64,000 bases of DNA from an uncultured Bdellovibrionales bacterium (lineage in GTDB: Bacteria; Bdellovibrionota_C; UBA2361; OMII01). The stretch lies in NCBI GenBank assembly GCA_964413875.1, contig CAYPUA010000009.1:7289-71288 (forward strand), given 5' to 3'. Positions within the stretch are counted from its first letter, which is position 1, and each line of letters opens with the position of its first letter. Both the position numbers and the translations under genes were made by a program. This document shows, one piece after another, positions 28,068 through 38,601 of the stretch. Below the pieces are notes generated by a model. It ran no database searches and was not told the origin of the DNA. It was given only the letters and a program-made list of their open reading frames with translations.

Positions 28068-28952
28068 GTGAGGATTCTTCTCTTCGGAGGAAGTGGACAG
28101 CTAGGTTTTGAGATCAAGAAGCGCGCGCGCGATCTTGAGTTCGAAGTCGTGTCGCCCGTTACTGCTGAAGTCGATATCTCAGAGCGCGAGCAGGTTCGGA
28201 AGTGTGTCGCAGCAATCAAGCCTGAAGTGGTGATCAACTCGGCCGCTTATACAGCGGTCGATAAAGCCGAGCACGAGAGCCAGGCGGCATTCCGCATAAA
28301 CCGTGACGCGGCAGGCTACGTAGCCGAGGCCTGCCGAGCAGTTGGTTGCCGGATGATTCACGTCTCAACAGATTATGTCTTTGACGGCAGCCTCGGTCGC
28401 GAGCTGCGCGAGGGAGACCCCACAAATCCGCTGGGGGTGTACGGCAAATCGAAGCTTGAGGGTGAACGGCGGGTGCTTGAGACGCTTGATGACAGAGCCC
28501 TGGTGCTTCGCACGCAAGCCCTCTTCGGACAGAAGGGGGTAAACTTTGTCCAGAGCATGCTCCGGCTATTCCCGGAACGGCCGACCCTCAAGATCGTCGA
28601 TGACCAGTGGGTCTCGCCGACCTGGGCTGGCTGGCTGGCGGAGGCGATTCTCGATTTTGTTCGTATGCCCGTCGGTGGTGTTGTGCATGCTTCATGTAGC
28701 GGGGTCGTGTCATGGTTCGATTTTGCCTCTGAGATACAGCGACTAGCGCGGCCCTCGTTTAAGGGACAGCCCTTAGCGACTTTAGAGAGGACAACGGCCG
28801 CTGAACTAAATCGCCCGGCGCAGCGGCCGACATTCTCTGCGTTCGACACGAGCCTTATTTCGTCGCTGCTCGGCAGGCCGCCGATCCCTTGGCAAGAGGG
28901 TCTGGTTTCCTTCCTCACTGAGATCGGGGTGATGGAGCGGGAAGACTCGTAG
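28068..28952 (+). CDS. rfbD: RmlD-family NAD(P)-dependent nucleotide-sugar 4-ketoreductase (dTDP-4-dehydrorhamnose reductase-like)
   Basis: MRILLFGGSGQLG Rossmann start and RmlD substrate-binding-domain layout. No rmlA/B/C in the window, so the true substrate is uncertain. Confidence 0.7.
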   Translation: MRILLFGGSGQLGFEIKKRARDLEFEVVSPVTAEVDISEREQVRKCVAAIKPEVVINSAAYTAVDKAEHESQAAFRINRDAAGYVAEACRAVGCRMIHVSTDYVFDGSLGRELREGDPTNPLGVYGKSKLEGERRVLETLDDRALVLRTQALFGQKGVNFVQSMLRLFPERPTLKIVDDQWVSPTWAGWLAEAILDFVRMPVGGVVHASCSGVVSWFDFASEIQRLARPSFKGQPLATLERTTAAELNRPAQRPTFSAFDTSLISSLLGRPPIPWQEGLVSFLTEIGVMEREDS

Positions 28953-29027
28953 CAGAAGAAGTTAAGGACAATTCAAGAGCCCCACGCAGCAGCGGATGAG
29001 GGCGCGCGGGCGGAGAAGGAGGAGTGA

Positions 29028-30119
29028 GTGGTGGTTAACCCAAGTGATGTTAGAGCAATTATCCTAGCAGGTGGACAAGGGAGCCGCTTCTGGCCGCTTA
29101 GCCGTTCAGCCTTGCCGAAGCAGTTTCTTTCGCTCGGAGACTCTGGCGAGAGCTTGATTCAAGCAACCGTCCGTCGAATCGTGCCGCTCGTCGGTGAGGA
29201 AAATGTCCGAGTTGTGGCGAACCCAAATCTTGAGCCGCTGATCACGAAGCACGTCCCTTCAGCAACTGTGATCTGTGAGCCGATGGCGCGGAACACCGCA
29301 GCCTGTATCGGGCTAGCCGCGGCGTACGCGATGGCTGAGAAGCCAGGGTTTGACCCTGTGCTAATCGTTCTTCCGGCTGACCATGCGATCAAAGACGATG
29401 CGCTGCTTCGCACCGCGTTGCAGGAGGCAGTCGATCGGGCGCGCGAGTCGGATGTGCTGGTCACGATCGGGATTCCGCCGACGCGGCCGCACACTGGCTA
29501 CGGCTACATAAAAAAAGGTAAGGCAGTTGGCGGCCAGAGCTTCCAGGTGGAGCGCTTCTTTGAGAAGCCCAGCCTGGAGCGTGCCCAGAAGTACCTCGAG
29601 CAGGGGGGGTACTGCTGGAACTCTGGCATGTTCGCCTGGAGGGCCAGCGTTATCTTGGAGTCCTTCCGCAGGCACCTGCCGCAGATGGCTGAAGGGCTTG
29701 ACGAGATTCGGGGTCTCCTGGAGAAGGCGGGCCCAAAAGCTGCTGCACCTCGGATACAGGAGCTGTTCTCAGGATTTGAGTCAATTTCCATTGATTTCGG
29801 TGTGTTAGAGCATGCAAAGAACTGCGTGGTGGTGCATGCCGAGGAATTCGGCTGGAACGATGTAGGCTCCTGGGACCAGTGGGCCGAGAGCTTTCAGCGC
29901 GACTCGGACGGCAACCTCGTAAAAGGGGACGCCGTCGTGATCGACAGTAGCGGTTGTGTTATAAGAACCGCCGGTCGCGTCGTGGCTGCCGTAGGGCTCA
30001 AGGACGTCATCGTCATTGATTCTGGAGACGCGCTGCTCGTTGTGTCTCACGAGCATGTCCAGGAGGTTCGGAAGGTGGTCGAAGAGCTCAAAAAGCGCGG
30101 CCGTTCAGACCTTGTCTAG
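29028..30119 (+). CDS. manC: Mannose-1-phosphate guanylyltransferase (GDP-mannose pyrophosphorylase, short form without PMI domain)
   Basis: IILAGGQGSRFWPLSRSALPKQF nucleotidyltransferase motif. 363 aa. Confidence 0.85.
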   Translation: MVVNPSDVRAIILAGGQGSRFWPLSRSALPKQFLSLGDSGESLIQATVRRIVPLVGEENVRVVANPNLEPLITKHVPSATVICEPMARNTAACIGLAAAYAMAEKPGFDPVLIVLPADHAIKDDALLRTALQEAVDRARESDVLVTIGIPPTRPHTGYGYIKKGKAVGGQSFQVERFFEKPSLERAQKYLEQGGYCWNSGMFAWRASVILESFRRHLPQMAEGLDEIRGLLEKAGPKAAAPRIQELFSGFESISIDFGVLEHAKNCVVVHAEEFGWNDVGSWDQWAESFQRDSDGNLVKGDAVVIDSSGCVIRTAGRVVAAVGLKDVIVIDSGDALLVVSHEHVQEVRKVVEELKKRGRSDLV

Positions 30120-30141
30120 GCTGCTGCCCCGCTGCGTTTAG

Positions 30142-31161
<1,020 letters not shown>

Positions 31162-31179
31162 AGCCAGGCGCTGAGGCTC

Positions 31180-32112
31180 ATGCGCGCGCTCGTCATCGGA
31201 GCAGCCGGGTTCGTCGGCAAGTACCTCGTGGAGCACCTGCTTGAGCAGGGCGACCAGGTCTATGCCGGCACCTTGAAAGAGCCGATCCCGCAGCTCCCGG
31301 ACACTACGTTCTCGGTTGATATCACTGATGCCGGCTCGACTGCCGAGCTGATACAGCGCTCTCGCCCCGAAGTTGTCTACCACTTGGCAGGCATATCGTT
31401 TGTCCCCGAAGCCGAGCAAAACTTCGACAAAACGCTGCTCGTAAACGTCGGCGGAACAAATAATGTGCTGCGCCAAGCGCACCTCTTCTCGAAGGAGACA
31501 AAGGTGGTGTTTGTCAGTTCGGCTGAGGTGTACGGGCAGGTCAGGCCTGACGACCTCCCGATTCGTGAGACGACGCCGCTCCGTCCCGCTAACAACTACA
31601 GCCTCAGCAAGCGCATGGCCGAGCTGCTCGCCGAGCGCTACGTGCGGCAGGGAGCGCTCAGGTGCACGATCGTGCGCCCGTTCAATCACATCGGGCCAGG
31701 CCAGGATCCGCGCTTCGTTGCGAGCAGCTTCGCCCAGCAGCTTGCTCGCATCGCGCTCGACAAAGCGCCCGCTGTTATGCGCGTCGGAAATCTTGAGGCG
31801 CGGCGCGACTTCTCTGACGTTCGAGACATTGTGCGAGCGTACCGGCTCCTGGCTCAAGGACCGGATGGCGTATTTAATCTTGGCTCCGGGGTCCCTCGGT
31901 CGATCCAATCGCTGCTCGATACCCTCATTCGAGTTTCTGGCGTAAGTGTCAAAGTTGAGCAGGACCCTGCCCGCATGCGTGGGCCAGAGGTTCCTGAGCT
32001 CTTCACGAGCTTTGCGAAGGCTGAGTCGGCAGTTGGATGGAAGCCCGCGATTCCGTTTGAGCGCTCGCTAGAGGATATCTACCGACATTGGCACGACGTA
32101 GAGTCGAAGTAG
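31180..32112 (+). CDS. rmd: GDP-4-dehydro-6-deoxy-D-mannose reductase (Rmd-like), giving GDP-D-rhamnose
   Basis: SDR with VIGAAGFVGKYL and YSLSK. The RPFNHIGPGQ and QDPARMR blocks recall Pseudomonas Rmd. Placed directly after gmd. Confidence 0.65.
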   Translation: MRALVIGAAGFVGKYLVEHLLEQGDQVYAGTLKEPIPQLPDTTFSVDITDAGSTAELIQRSRPEVVYHLAGISFVPEAEQNFDKTLLVNVGGTNNVLRQAHLFSKETKVVFVSSAEVYGQVRPDDLPIRETTPLRPANNYSLSKRMAELLAERYVRQGALRCTIVRPFNHIGPGQDPRFVASSFAQQLARIALDKAPAVMRVGNLEARRDFSDVRDIVRAYRLLAQGPDGVFNLGSGVPRSIQSLLDTLIRVSGVSVKVEQDPARMRGPEVPELFTSFAKAESAVGWKPAIPFERSLEDIYRHWHDVESK

Positions 32113-32384
32113 GGCTTCCGTTCAGGGGCACGATTGGCCCATCCGGCCTGGTGGTCTGAGACCAGCATTAGCCACCGCACGCCGTTTTTCGGACATATGC
32201 GGAGCTCGTCCCCAAATAATCCTTTCTGGCATTCGTCGTAAAGCCGTAACCCACTGATATTACCGACGGTAAAGTTTCCTGGCCGATCGCGCCGCGTTGC
32301 GGCTGGCTGGCATCCTAGATCGAGTGGCACACACGTGGGCGCGGATAGAATCTCTGTCGCGCCAAGGTTTTTGCAGCAGGGGGC

Positions 32385-33785
32385 ATGGAAGAGCAGCGAC
32401 GAAAAATCCTGATCGTTGATGACGAGCCCTCGATCCTAAGCTCACTCAAGCTCCTCTTGCAGCAGCGCTTCGATGTGAGCACCGCGCGTGACGGGGAGGA
32501 AGCACTCGGTGTTGCCGAAAAAGAGAGCCCAGACCTGATCCTGCTCGACATGACACTCCCAAAGATCGATGGCATGGAGGTTATGCGACGGCTCAAGGAG
32601 CGCGCCCAGGGAGTGCCGGTCGTTATGCTCACAGGGGGGCTTGGCGTCCGCACGGCGGTGCAGGCAATTAAGGCAGGAGCCGACGACTTTCTTAACAAGC
32701 CATTTGATCTCTCAGAGCTACAGCGTGTTGTGCAGGCGCTCCTTGATTCAGGAGCCGCAGCCGAGCAGGGCAGGGCGAAAGGTTGCGGAGATTTCGGCGC
32801 CCTAGTTGGAAAGTCATCGCCAATGGCCGGCGTTTTCTCCATGGTTGACCAGGTTGCCGGTCGTGACACAACAGTTCTTATCACTGGGGAGTCTGGCACC
32901 GGCAAGGAGCTTGTGGCGCGCGAACTGCACGAGCGCAGCGCCCGCCGGCATGCGCCTTTTGTGGCGCTCAACTGTGCTGCGTTTCCGGAGAGCCTGATCG
33001 AGTCCGAGCTGTTCGGGCACGAGAAGGGCGCGTTTACGCATGCAGTCGAGCGGCGGCTCGGACAGTTTGAGGTTGCCGATGGTGGCACGCTCTTCCTCGA
33101 CGAGATCGGCGAGCTGTCCCTCGCCGTTCAGGTTAAGCTGCTGCGCTTTCTGCAAGAGCAGGAGTTCTACAGAGTCGGGCGCTCAAAGCCTATCCGCGTC
33201 AATGTACGCGTCATTACCGCAACGAACAAAAACCTGGAGGAGCTGGTGCGGCTCAAGGCCTTCCGCCAAGACCTCTTCTACCGAATCAACGTCATCAACA
33301 TACCGCTTCCGTCGCTTCGTGAGCGAGGTGAGGACATCATGCACCTTGCGGAGCACTTCAATCTCGCGCTTCAGAAGCGCTACGGTGGGAGGAGTCTTGT
33401 TTTCTCGGATGAGGTCAGGGACCGATTTCTTGCCTACGGCTGGCCCGGCAATGTGCGTGAGCTGGAGAACGTAGTTGAGAGCTTGATGGCGCTCTGCCCG
33501 TCCGATACTGTCGAGCTGTCGCACCTTCCGGCGCGCTTCCACGGCAGCAGCTCAGCGCCCAGCGACCCAGCTGCGGCCCTCGCGAGTGGCCTTGCGTACG
33601 AGGATGCGGAGCGTCTTTTTGAGACAGAGATTATCGTGCGAGCGCTCAAGCGCGCCAACTTTGTCCAGACTCGCGCAGCAGAGCTGCTCGGCATCAGCCG
33701 GCGCATGCTCAAGTACAAGATGGACAAGCTGTCAATTAGCGAGAAAGGTGAGCTGCTACGGCCTGGGCCGAAGCACGAGAACTGA
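32385..33785 (+). CDS. Sigma-54-dependent two-component response regulator (NtrC/NtrX family)
   Basis: REC domain (ILIVDDEPSIL…DLILLDMTLP), AAA+ sigma-54 activation domain (GESGTGKELVAREL, GAFTHA (GAFTGA-type motif), ESELFGHEKGAFT), and C-terminal Fis-type HTH. Confidence 0.85.
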   Translation: MEEQRRKILIVDDEPSILSSLKLLLQQRFDVSTARDGEEALGVAEKESPDLILLDMTLPKIDGMEVMRRLKERAQGVPVVMLTGGLGVRTAVQAIKAGADDFLNKPFDLSELQRVVQALLDSGAAAEQGRAKGCGDFGALVGKSSPMAGVFSMVDQVAGRDTTVLITGESGTGKELVARELHERSARRHAPFVALNCAAFPESLIESELFGHEKGAFTHAVERRLGQFEVADGGTLFLDEIGELSLAVQVKLLRFLQEQEFYRVGRSKPIRVNVRVITATNKNLEELVRLKAFRQDLFYRINVINIPLPSLRERGEDIMHLAEHFNLALQKRYGGRSLVFSDEVRDRFLAYGWPGNVRELENVVESLMALCPSDTVELSHLPARFHGSSSAPSDPAAALASGLAYEDAERLFETEIIVRALKRANFVQTRAAELLGISRRMLKYKMDKLSISEKGELLRPGPKHEN

Positions 33786-33858
33786 GCCTCGCGCCTAGCC
33801 CAGGCCGACGCTGGCGCTCCAGTCGGAAGGTTCCGAATGGAGCGCCACTCTTCATTGC

Positions 33859-35235
33859 CTACCGGCAGTCGGCTCCGCCAGTTGGGTACTTACCGATTAC
33901 AAGCTTGCCCGGAATTTTCAGCTTTCCCTGCGCCAGCGTGAACTGGCTTGAGTCTGCCCCGGAGGTAGCTCCGTGATCGTCGATGCCGGGCCTCTCGAAG
34001 AGAGCAGGAGTCTGGTCAAAGCCCGAATCCTGCGAGTTGTTGAAGGCGTCCAGAGCCTCGATGCATCCGCTTCCGGAGATCGTCGCTTTGTTCGCTCCGC
34101 ACAGCCCTTCGCAGAGTGTTATCCAGTCCCTGACTGACTTGTCGCCGTACCGCCAGTCGGTGCACACGTTGCTTCCAGCAGGCGCAAGCGCAGTTGTAGC
34201 AGCCAGGTTCAGCTTCGCTGCTGCGAGCTGCTTCAACATGACAACGTACGGCTGGTTAGCCGAAAGCTCTTGCCCCGCATTGGACCCGAGCGCTTCCATG
34301 ACTGAGTCGCATGAGCCCACGAGGCATGACGGATCAGACTTGCCGTCGTTCAGGCCGTGGCAGTCGAGCAATTTGCCGCACACCGAGACAGGAGAGCTGG
34401 CGGTTGCAAAGTTGTTCGTTACCCACGGATGGGTTCCCCAGAATCCAAGGGTTCGCGTAAGGCAGTGGTTGTTACTCGGTGGATCGTCACACCCCTCACA
34501 CGATGGTCCTGCTAGGCAGCTTGATGTGCATGTCGTCGCTTCCTTGTCGACAACAACTGCTGCACCAAGACCGAGCCCTGTAGTTTCGCCTGCGATGTTC
34601 AGGGTCAGCTCAACACAGTCGCCCGGCTCAACAGAGGTGTTGTCGCACTTGGCGACGAATCCACTCGAGCCGCTTGAGAAGCAGCTGCTGTCTCCAAGCA
34701 CAAAATCCCCGACTGCTGGGAATACCCCGTCGTTGTTCTTGTCGACAGCGGAACAGCTGCCGGTCACCGCCGTGTTGCTCGAGAGGCACGTGCTGGTCGC
34801 GAGGTTCGGAAAGGTGACGTCGAAATGGCTCAAGCCACGAAATGTGTTTGCACTGCACTCGCGGCTGCAGTAAGCAGCCGGGTCGCTGGCTTGACCCTTC
34901 GTCCTGCAGAAGCTGTTGTCCAGGCAGGGCTCGCCAGGCCTAACTGTGCTTGAGCATGTGCCAGCGGGCGGGCTGCATATTTCGTACACGTAGCTCGCTG
35001 TGCCAGTGTTGGATACCATGGCTGGTGTGTAGCTCTTGAGTGATATCGCGAAGCCTGCATCGCTGCAGATGTTCTTTGGCAAGTCTTCGCAAATGGCACC
35101 GTTACAAACCGTCATATCGGGTGGTGTGATAGCGAACGCCTCCTGCGCCGAGCAAAGTACGAGCCCTAGCGGCACAGCACAAGCTGCCAGCCAGCTTCCC
35201 GCACCCGTAGGGTGTTTTCTGTTTTCTGTTTTCAT
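33859..35235 (-). CDS. Secreted cysteine-rich protein of unknown function, about 458 aa with about 30 Cys
   Basis: GGAG RBS and ATG at about 35234. Signal peptide MKTENRKHPTGAGSWLAACAVPLGLVLCSAQEAFA. Ser/Thr/Gly/Cys-rich mature chain with spaced Cys pairs. No family recognised. The track ORF extends to 35520 with a GTG, which is implausible. Confidence 0.6.
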   Translation of the reverse strand: MKTENRKHPTGAGSWLAACAVPLGLVLCSAQEAFAITPPDMTVCNGAICEDLPKNICSDAGFAISLKSYTPAMVSNTGTASYVYEICSPPAGTCSSTVRPGEPCLDNSFCRTKGQASDPAAYCSRECSANTFRGLSHFDVTFPNLATSTCLSSNTAVTGSCSAVDKNNDGVFPAVGDFVLGDSSCFSSGSSGFVAKCDNTSVEPGDCVELTLNIAGETTGLGLGAAVVVDKEATTCTSSCLAGPSCEGCDDPPSNNHCLTRTLGFWGTHPWVTNNFATASSPVSVCGKLLDCHGLNDGKSDPSCLVGSCDSVMEALGSNAGQELSANQPYVVMLKQLAAAKLNLAATTALAPAGSNVCTDWRYGDKSVRDWITLCEGLCGANKATISGSGCIEALDAFNNSQDSGFDQTPALFERPGIDDHGATSGADSSQFTLAQGKLKIPGKLVIGKYPTGGADCR

Positions 35236-35430
35236 ACGATTCTCCTTCTTGTTTCCTAAGCCCCTACGACAGCACGGCAGAAACGGCGCGCGGTATAGAG
35301 GCCTGTTCGGTTCCGATTGCCCCGGCCTGCCGCGGACGAGAGCGCTCACTAAGCAGTCGATCGGGCCATCACGTGCAGTGTTTCGCAGTGACGGGGCCTT
35401 TGACCTATGGGAGGAATCACCGCAGCGCGG

Positions 35431-35445
35431 AGCGCAGAGTCTGCG
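35431..35445. promoter_or_regulatory. Perfect inverted repeat GCGCAGA-G-TCTGCGC in the promoter region of the Cys-rich protein gene
   Basis: Read directly: gcgcagagtctgcgc. Lies about 200 nt upstream of the ATG at about 35234 and about 120 nt downstream of the zinc-ribbon gene stop. No T-run follows, so it looks more like an operator than a terminator. Confidence 0.2.
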
Positions 35446-35561
35446 CTGTGACGGGTTAGTGTTTGGACAGACGGTGAAGCTCAGAAGTACACAGCGTCTT
35501 GGCAGTTGCTGGTGTGCCACCCGCCGGCAGTCAAGAGTGACACGCCTGTTTGGGCAGACGC

Positions 35562-35860
35562 CTAGCGCTTGAAGAGATCGTCGAGAGCTGAAAGCGCTTT
35601 CTTCTTCCCGTCACCAGAGTCCGACTGAGCCGGCCGTGGCCTGAAGTACTCGCACACGTTCGACGAGTCTTTCTTCTTAACCCACTCTGCAGAGGTCTCG
35701 CGGCACTCGTGGTGCGCCGATTCGTCGAAGAACTCGCAGTTGAGGCACACGTGCAAGTCCGACGAACAGCGGGGACATGTCTCGCGAAAGCCAACTCGCG
35801 CGCCAGCGCTAGCGTCTAGCTCAAGAGAGTTCTTGCAGTGAAAGCAGGAGATGACCATTA
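35562..35860 (-). CDS. Small zinc-ribbon protein (CxxC x3 plus HHEC), about 99 aa
   Basis: GGAGG RBS and ATG about 35860. MVISCFHCKN…CPRCSSDLHVCLNCEFFDESAHHEC. Basic/acidic C-terminal tail. Confidence 0.5.
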
Positions 35861-36055
35861 CCCTCCGGGTTCTATTAGAAGGACATCGATTCGCAAAGGG
35901 CGCCATTATAAAACGACGGTGTGAAATAGCCCTGGTGCAGCTGCCAGGATTTCTCAACAGGAGCCGCAGCATGTTGCATCTTACCTGAGTTAGGCACCGA
36001 TCTGTCGGTAAAGCCTCATCTTGAGTTTACAGGCAGTTACCCCCATGATGCGGGG

Positions 36056-37351
36056 ATGTCAGAAACAACCATGGAAACCGTCCCAAGCGATAACGAAAGA
36101 GAGTCTTTGCTTCAGTCTCGGCTCAAGGCCGGGCTGCTTGAGCTGCGCTGGCTCTTTAGGGTCGTGCTCTCCTCAATGGACCGGTTCTACTGGGACAACG
36201 GATTCTCGCGGGCGGCCTCGCTAGCCTACTCTTCTCTGCTCTCCCTCGTGCCACTAACCGCCCTATGCTTCGGGATCCTGGGGGTCTTCGTGCAGACTCA
36301 AGACAGCATGGCGCAGGTGCAGCAGTTTCTCTTCAAGCAGTTCGTCCCGGGCAACGAATTCCAGGAACTGCTTACTCACATTCAACAGTTCAGTGACAAC
36401 ATGCGCGCGCTGAACCTCTTCGTCCTGGCGACGCTCGTTGTAACCTCGTTGCTGCTGCTCAATTCGATCGAGTCGACACTCAACCAGGTTTGGCAGGTGT
36501 ACGAGGTTCGCTCAATAACGGATCGTCTTGCGATCTTTTGTGCGATAATTGTGCTCATCCCATTCTTCGCCATCTCTGGCTACTACACGAGCGCAAAGGT
36601 AGAGCCGCTCTTCGCAGGGTTCGATATCCTGACGTCGGCGTATCAGGATGTTCTGCCATTTCTCATCGACTTTCTAGCCTTCGTGGCGCTCTACTATCTT
36701 GTGCCTAAGGCCCCGGTACGAATAGTGCCAGCGCTCTTTGGTGCGACGGCAGCGTCAATTCTCTTCGGATTAGCCAAACATTGGTTCGCTGTATACATCG
36801 TGCGCTTTGGAAACTACGACCGCGTGTACGAGGCGCTGGCTCTTATACCGATCTTCCTCTTTTGGCTCTACATCTGCTGGACGGTGGTGTTGTTCGGTGC
36901 GGAGATGACCTACCAGGCGCAACACCTTCCGCGTTCGGGCACTCTCTGGAAGCGCTCGCTCATGAGCGTTGGTGACGGGGCGATGGTAATAGCGATGCAA
37001 ACCCTGGTGCTGATCTCCAGGGCTTTTAAGCGCGGCGAGAAGCTGCCGAATGAGCTTGAGATCGCGGAAGAGCTGGGCTGTAGTTCGGTGGTGCTTAAGT
37101 CGTCTCTCGTAGCGCTTGAGCAGGCAGGCATCATCATGCGCGGGGAGGGGAGATTCATGCCGCTGCTGCTGATGAGAGCCCCAGACACTATCACTGTGGC
37201 TGAGGTGCGCGATGCTGTCTTCAAGAAGCGCAGCTCGATGCTCATGGGTGGCGAGATGGGCCGTATGTATCGGTGTTTCGACGGCGGAGCAGACCCAAGC
37301 GCCATTACACTCGATGACCTGCTTCAGGAAGAAACGGAGATTCGCTCATGA
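36056..37351 (+). CDS. yihY: YihY/BrkB (virulence factor BrkB / RNase BN-like) family inner-membrane protein with about 130 aa C-terminal cytoplasmic extension
   Basis: RAASLAYSSLLSLVPL block and 6 TM helices. C-terminal soluble part (…EIAEELGCSSVVLKSSLVALEQAGII…) looks winged-helix-like. Confidence 0.75.
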   Translation: MSETTMETVPSDNERESLLQSRLKAGLLELRWLFRVVLSSMDRFYWDNGFSRAASLAYSSLLSLVPLTALCFGILGVFVQTQDSMAQVQQFLFKQFVPGNEFQELLTHIQQFSDNMRALNLFVLATLVVTSLLLLNSIESTLNQVWQVYEVRSITDRLAIFCAIIVLIPFFAISGYYTSAKVEPLFAGFDILTSAYQDVLPFLIDFLAFVALYYLVPKAPVRIVPALFGATAASILFGLAKHWFAVYIVRFGNYDRVYEALALIPIFLFWLYICWTVVLFGAEMTYQAQHLPRSGTLWKRSLMSVGDGAMVIAMQTLVLISRAFKRGEKLPNELEIAEELGCSSVVLKSSLVALEQAGIIMRGEGRFMPLLLMRAPDTITVAEVRDAVFKKRSSMLMGGEMGRMYRCFDGGADPSAITLDDLLQEETEIRS

Positions 37352-38598
37352 TTCACACGTGCCGGCTTTCAAATGGGCTCTCCGTCATCGTTGAGGAGAT
37401 CGGGCACGTCGAGTCAGCAGCGTACGACCTCCTGATTCCTGGCGGACTCGTTTGTGATCCCGACGGCACGATCGGATCGAGCCTTATCTACTCAGAGCTC
37501 GTAGGTCGTGGAGCAGGAGACCTCAATTCTCGCGCCCTATCGGAGGCATTCGACGACGAAGGCATCCGTCACGGAGAGTGGGTCGGGATGGACCGCTTCG
37601 GCTTCAGCGGCAGCCTCATAGCGAGCAAGCTGCCGAAGGCGCTTGAGCTCGTTTCGCTGATGATCCAGAGCCCGCGATTGCCGGAAGAAGAGATTGAGAA
37701 CATCCAGAGCGTGCTGTTGCAGGATATTGCGGCGCTCAATGACAATCCCGCCCGACGTGCGATGGTGGAGCTCAACAAGCGCTACTATCCAGAACCCTTC
37801 AATCGCTCATCGCTCGGGGACGCCAAAGGAATTCGCGCGACAGCACGAGCCCGCATGCTTGAGCTTCATCGGCAGGTCTTCGGCCCAGAGAGGGCGATCC
37901 TCTCAATTGCAGGCAAGGTAAGCGCCGAGCAGGTGATGAAAGACGTCGAGAGGCTTTTTGGCGAATGGCGAGGCGCATCTCTCGCCATACCTGAATTCGG
38001 CAGCGTGTCGCCACACGAGTACGTGCACATAGAAGTTGATTCAGCGCAGGCCCAGATAGTGCTCGCATCTCCCTCAGTGAAGTTCGGCGAAGAGGGGTAC
38101 TACTCTGGGAAGATAGCAGTGAGCCTCCTCGGCTCGTCGATGTTCGGCAGGCTCTTCATGGAGCTGCGCGAGAAGCGAGGGCTCTGCTACTCGGTCTATG
38201 CCCGTCACGGCGCAAACACAGCCTACGGCACGGTTAGCGCGTACGTCGGCACCACACCAGAGCGGGCGCAGGAGAGCCTCGACCTGCTCGTCGGCGAACT
38301 GTGCCGGCTGAAAGGCAGCGTGACAGAGAGCGAGTTGGCCCGTGCCAAGACGAACATGCAGGCGGCGCTTGTGATGGGTGAGGAATCACCCGGCTCGCGC
38401 GCCGCTTCCAATGCGACCGACTGGTGGCTGCTCGGACGGGTGCGAACGCTCAAAGAGATAAATGACGCTGTCAGTGCGGTCTCAGTCGAGAGTGTTGATT
38501 CATTCCTTGCCGGACACCCCTTCACACCCTGCACTATTCTGACGCTTGGGCGCGCGCCGCTTGAAGTGTCTTCGTCTGTTATCGCCCGGAGGCACTAG
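37348..38598 (+). CDS. M16-family peptidase, non-catalytic partner (no HxxEH)
   Basis: Insulinase fold-length protein lacking the inverted zinc motif. No signal peptide. Start overlaps the yihY stop. Confidence 0.7.
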   Translation: MIHTCRLSNGLSVIVEEIGHVESAAYDLLIPGGLVCDPDGTIGSSLIYSELVGRGAGDLNSRALSEAFDDEGIRHGEWVGMDRFGFSGSLIASKLPKALELVSLMIQSPRLPEEEIENIQSVLLQDIAALNDNPARRAMVELNKRYYPEPFNRSSLGDAKGIRATARARMLELHRQVFGPERAILSIAGKVSAEQVMKDVERLFGEWRGASLAIPEFGSVSPHEYVHIEVDSAQAQIVLASPSVKFGEEGYYSGKIAVSLLGSSMFGRLFMELREKRGLCYSVYARHGANTAYGTVSAYVGTTPERAQESLDLLVGELCRLKGSVTESELARAKTNMQAALVMGEESPGSRAASNATDWWLLGRVRTLKEINDAVSAVSVESVDSFLAGHPFTPCTILTLGRAPLEVSSSVIARRH

Positions 38599-38601
38599 GA
38601 C

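Noticed and set aside
32112-32385. Hairpin GGTCTGAGACC with a downstream T5 run after rmd as a terminator, and 83-aa ORF 32079-32330 on the minus strand
   Set aside because: The stem is only 4-5 bp and the T-run is about 20 nt away, so it is a weak terminator candidate. The small ORF overlaps the rmd 3' end and has no features.
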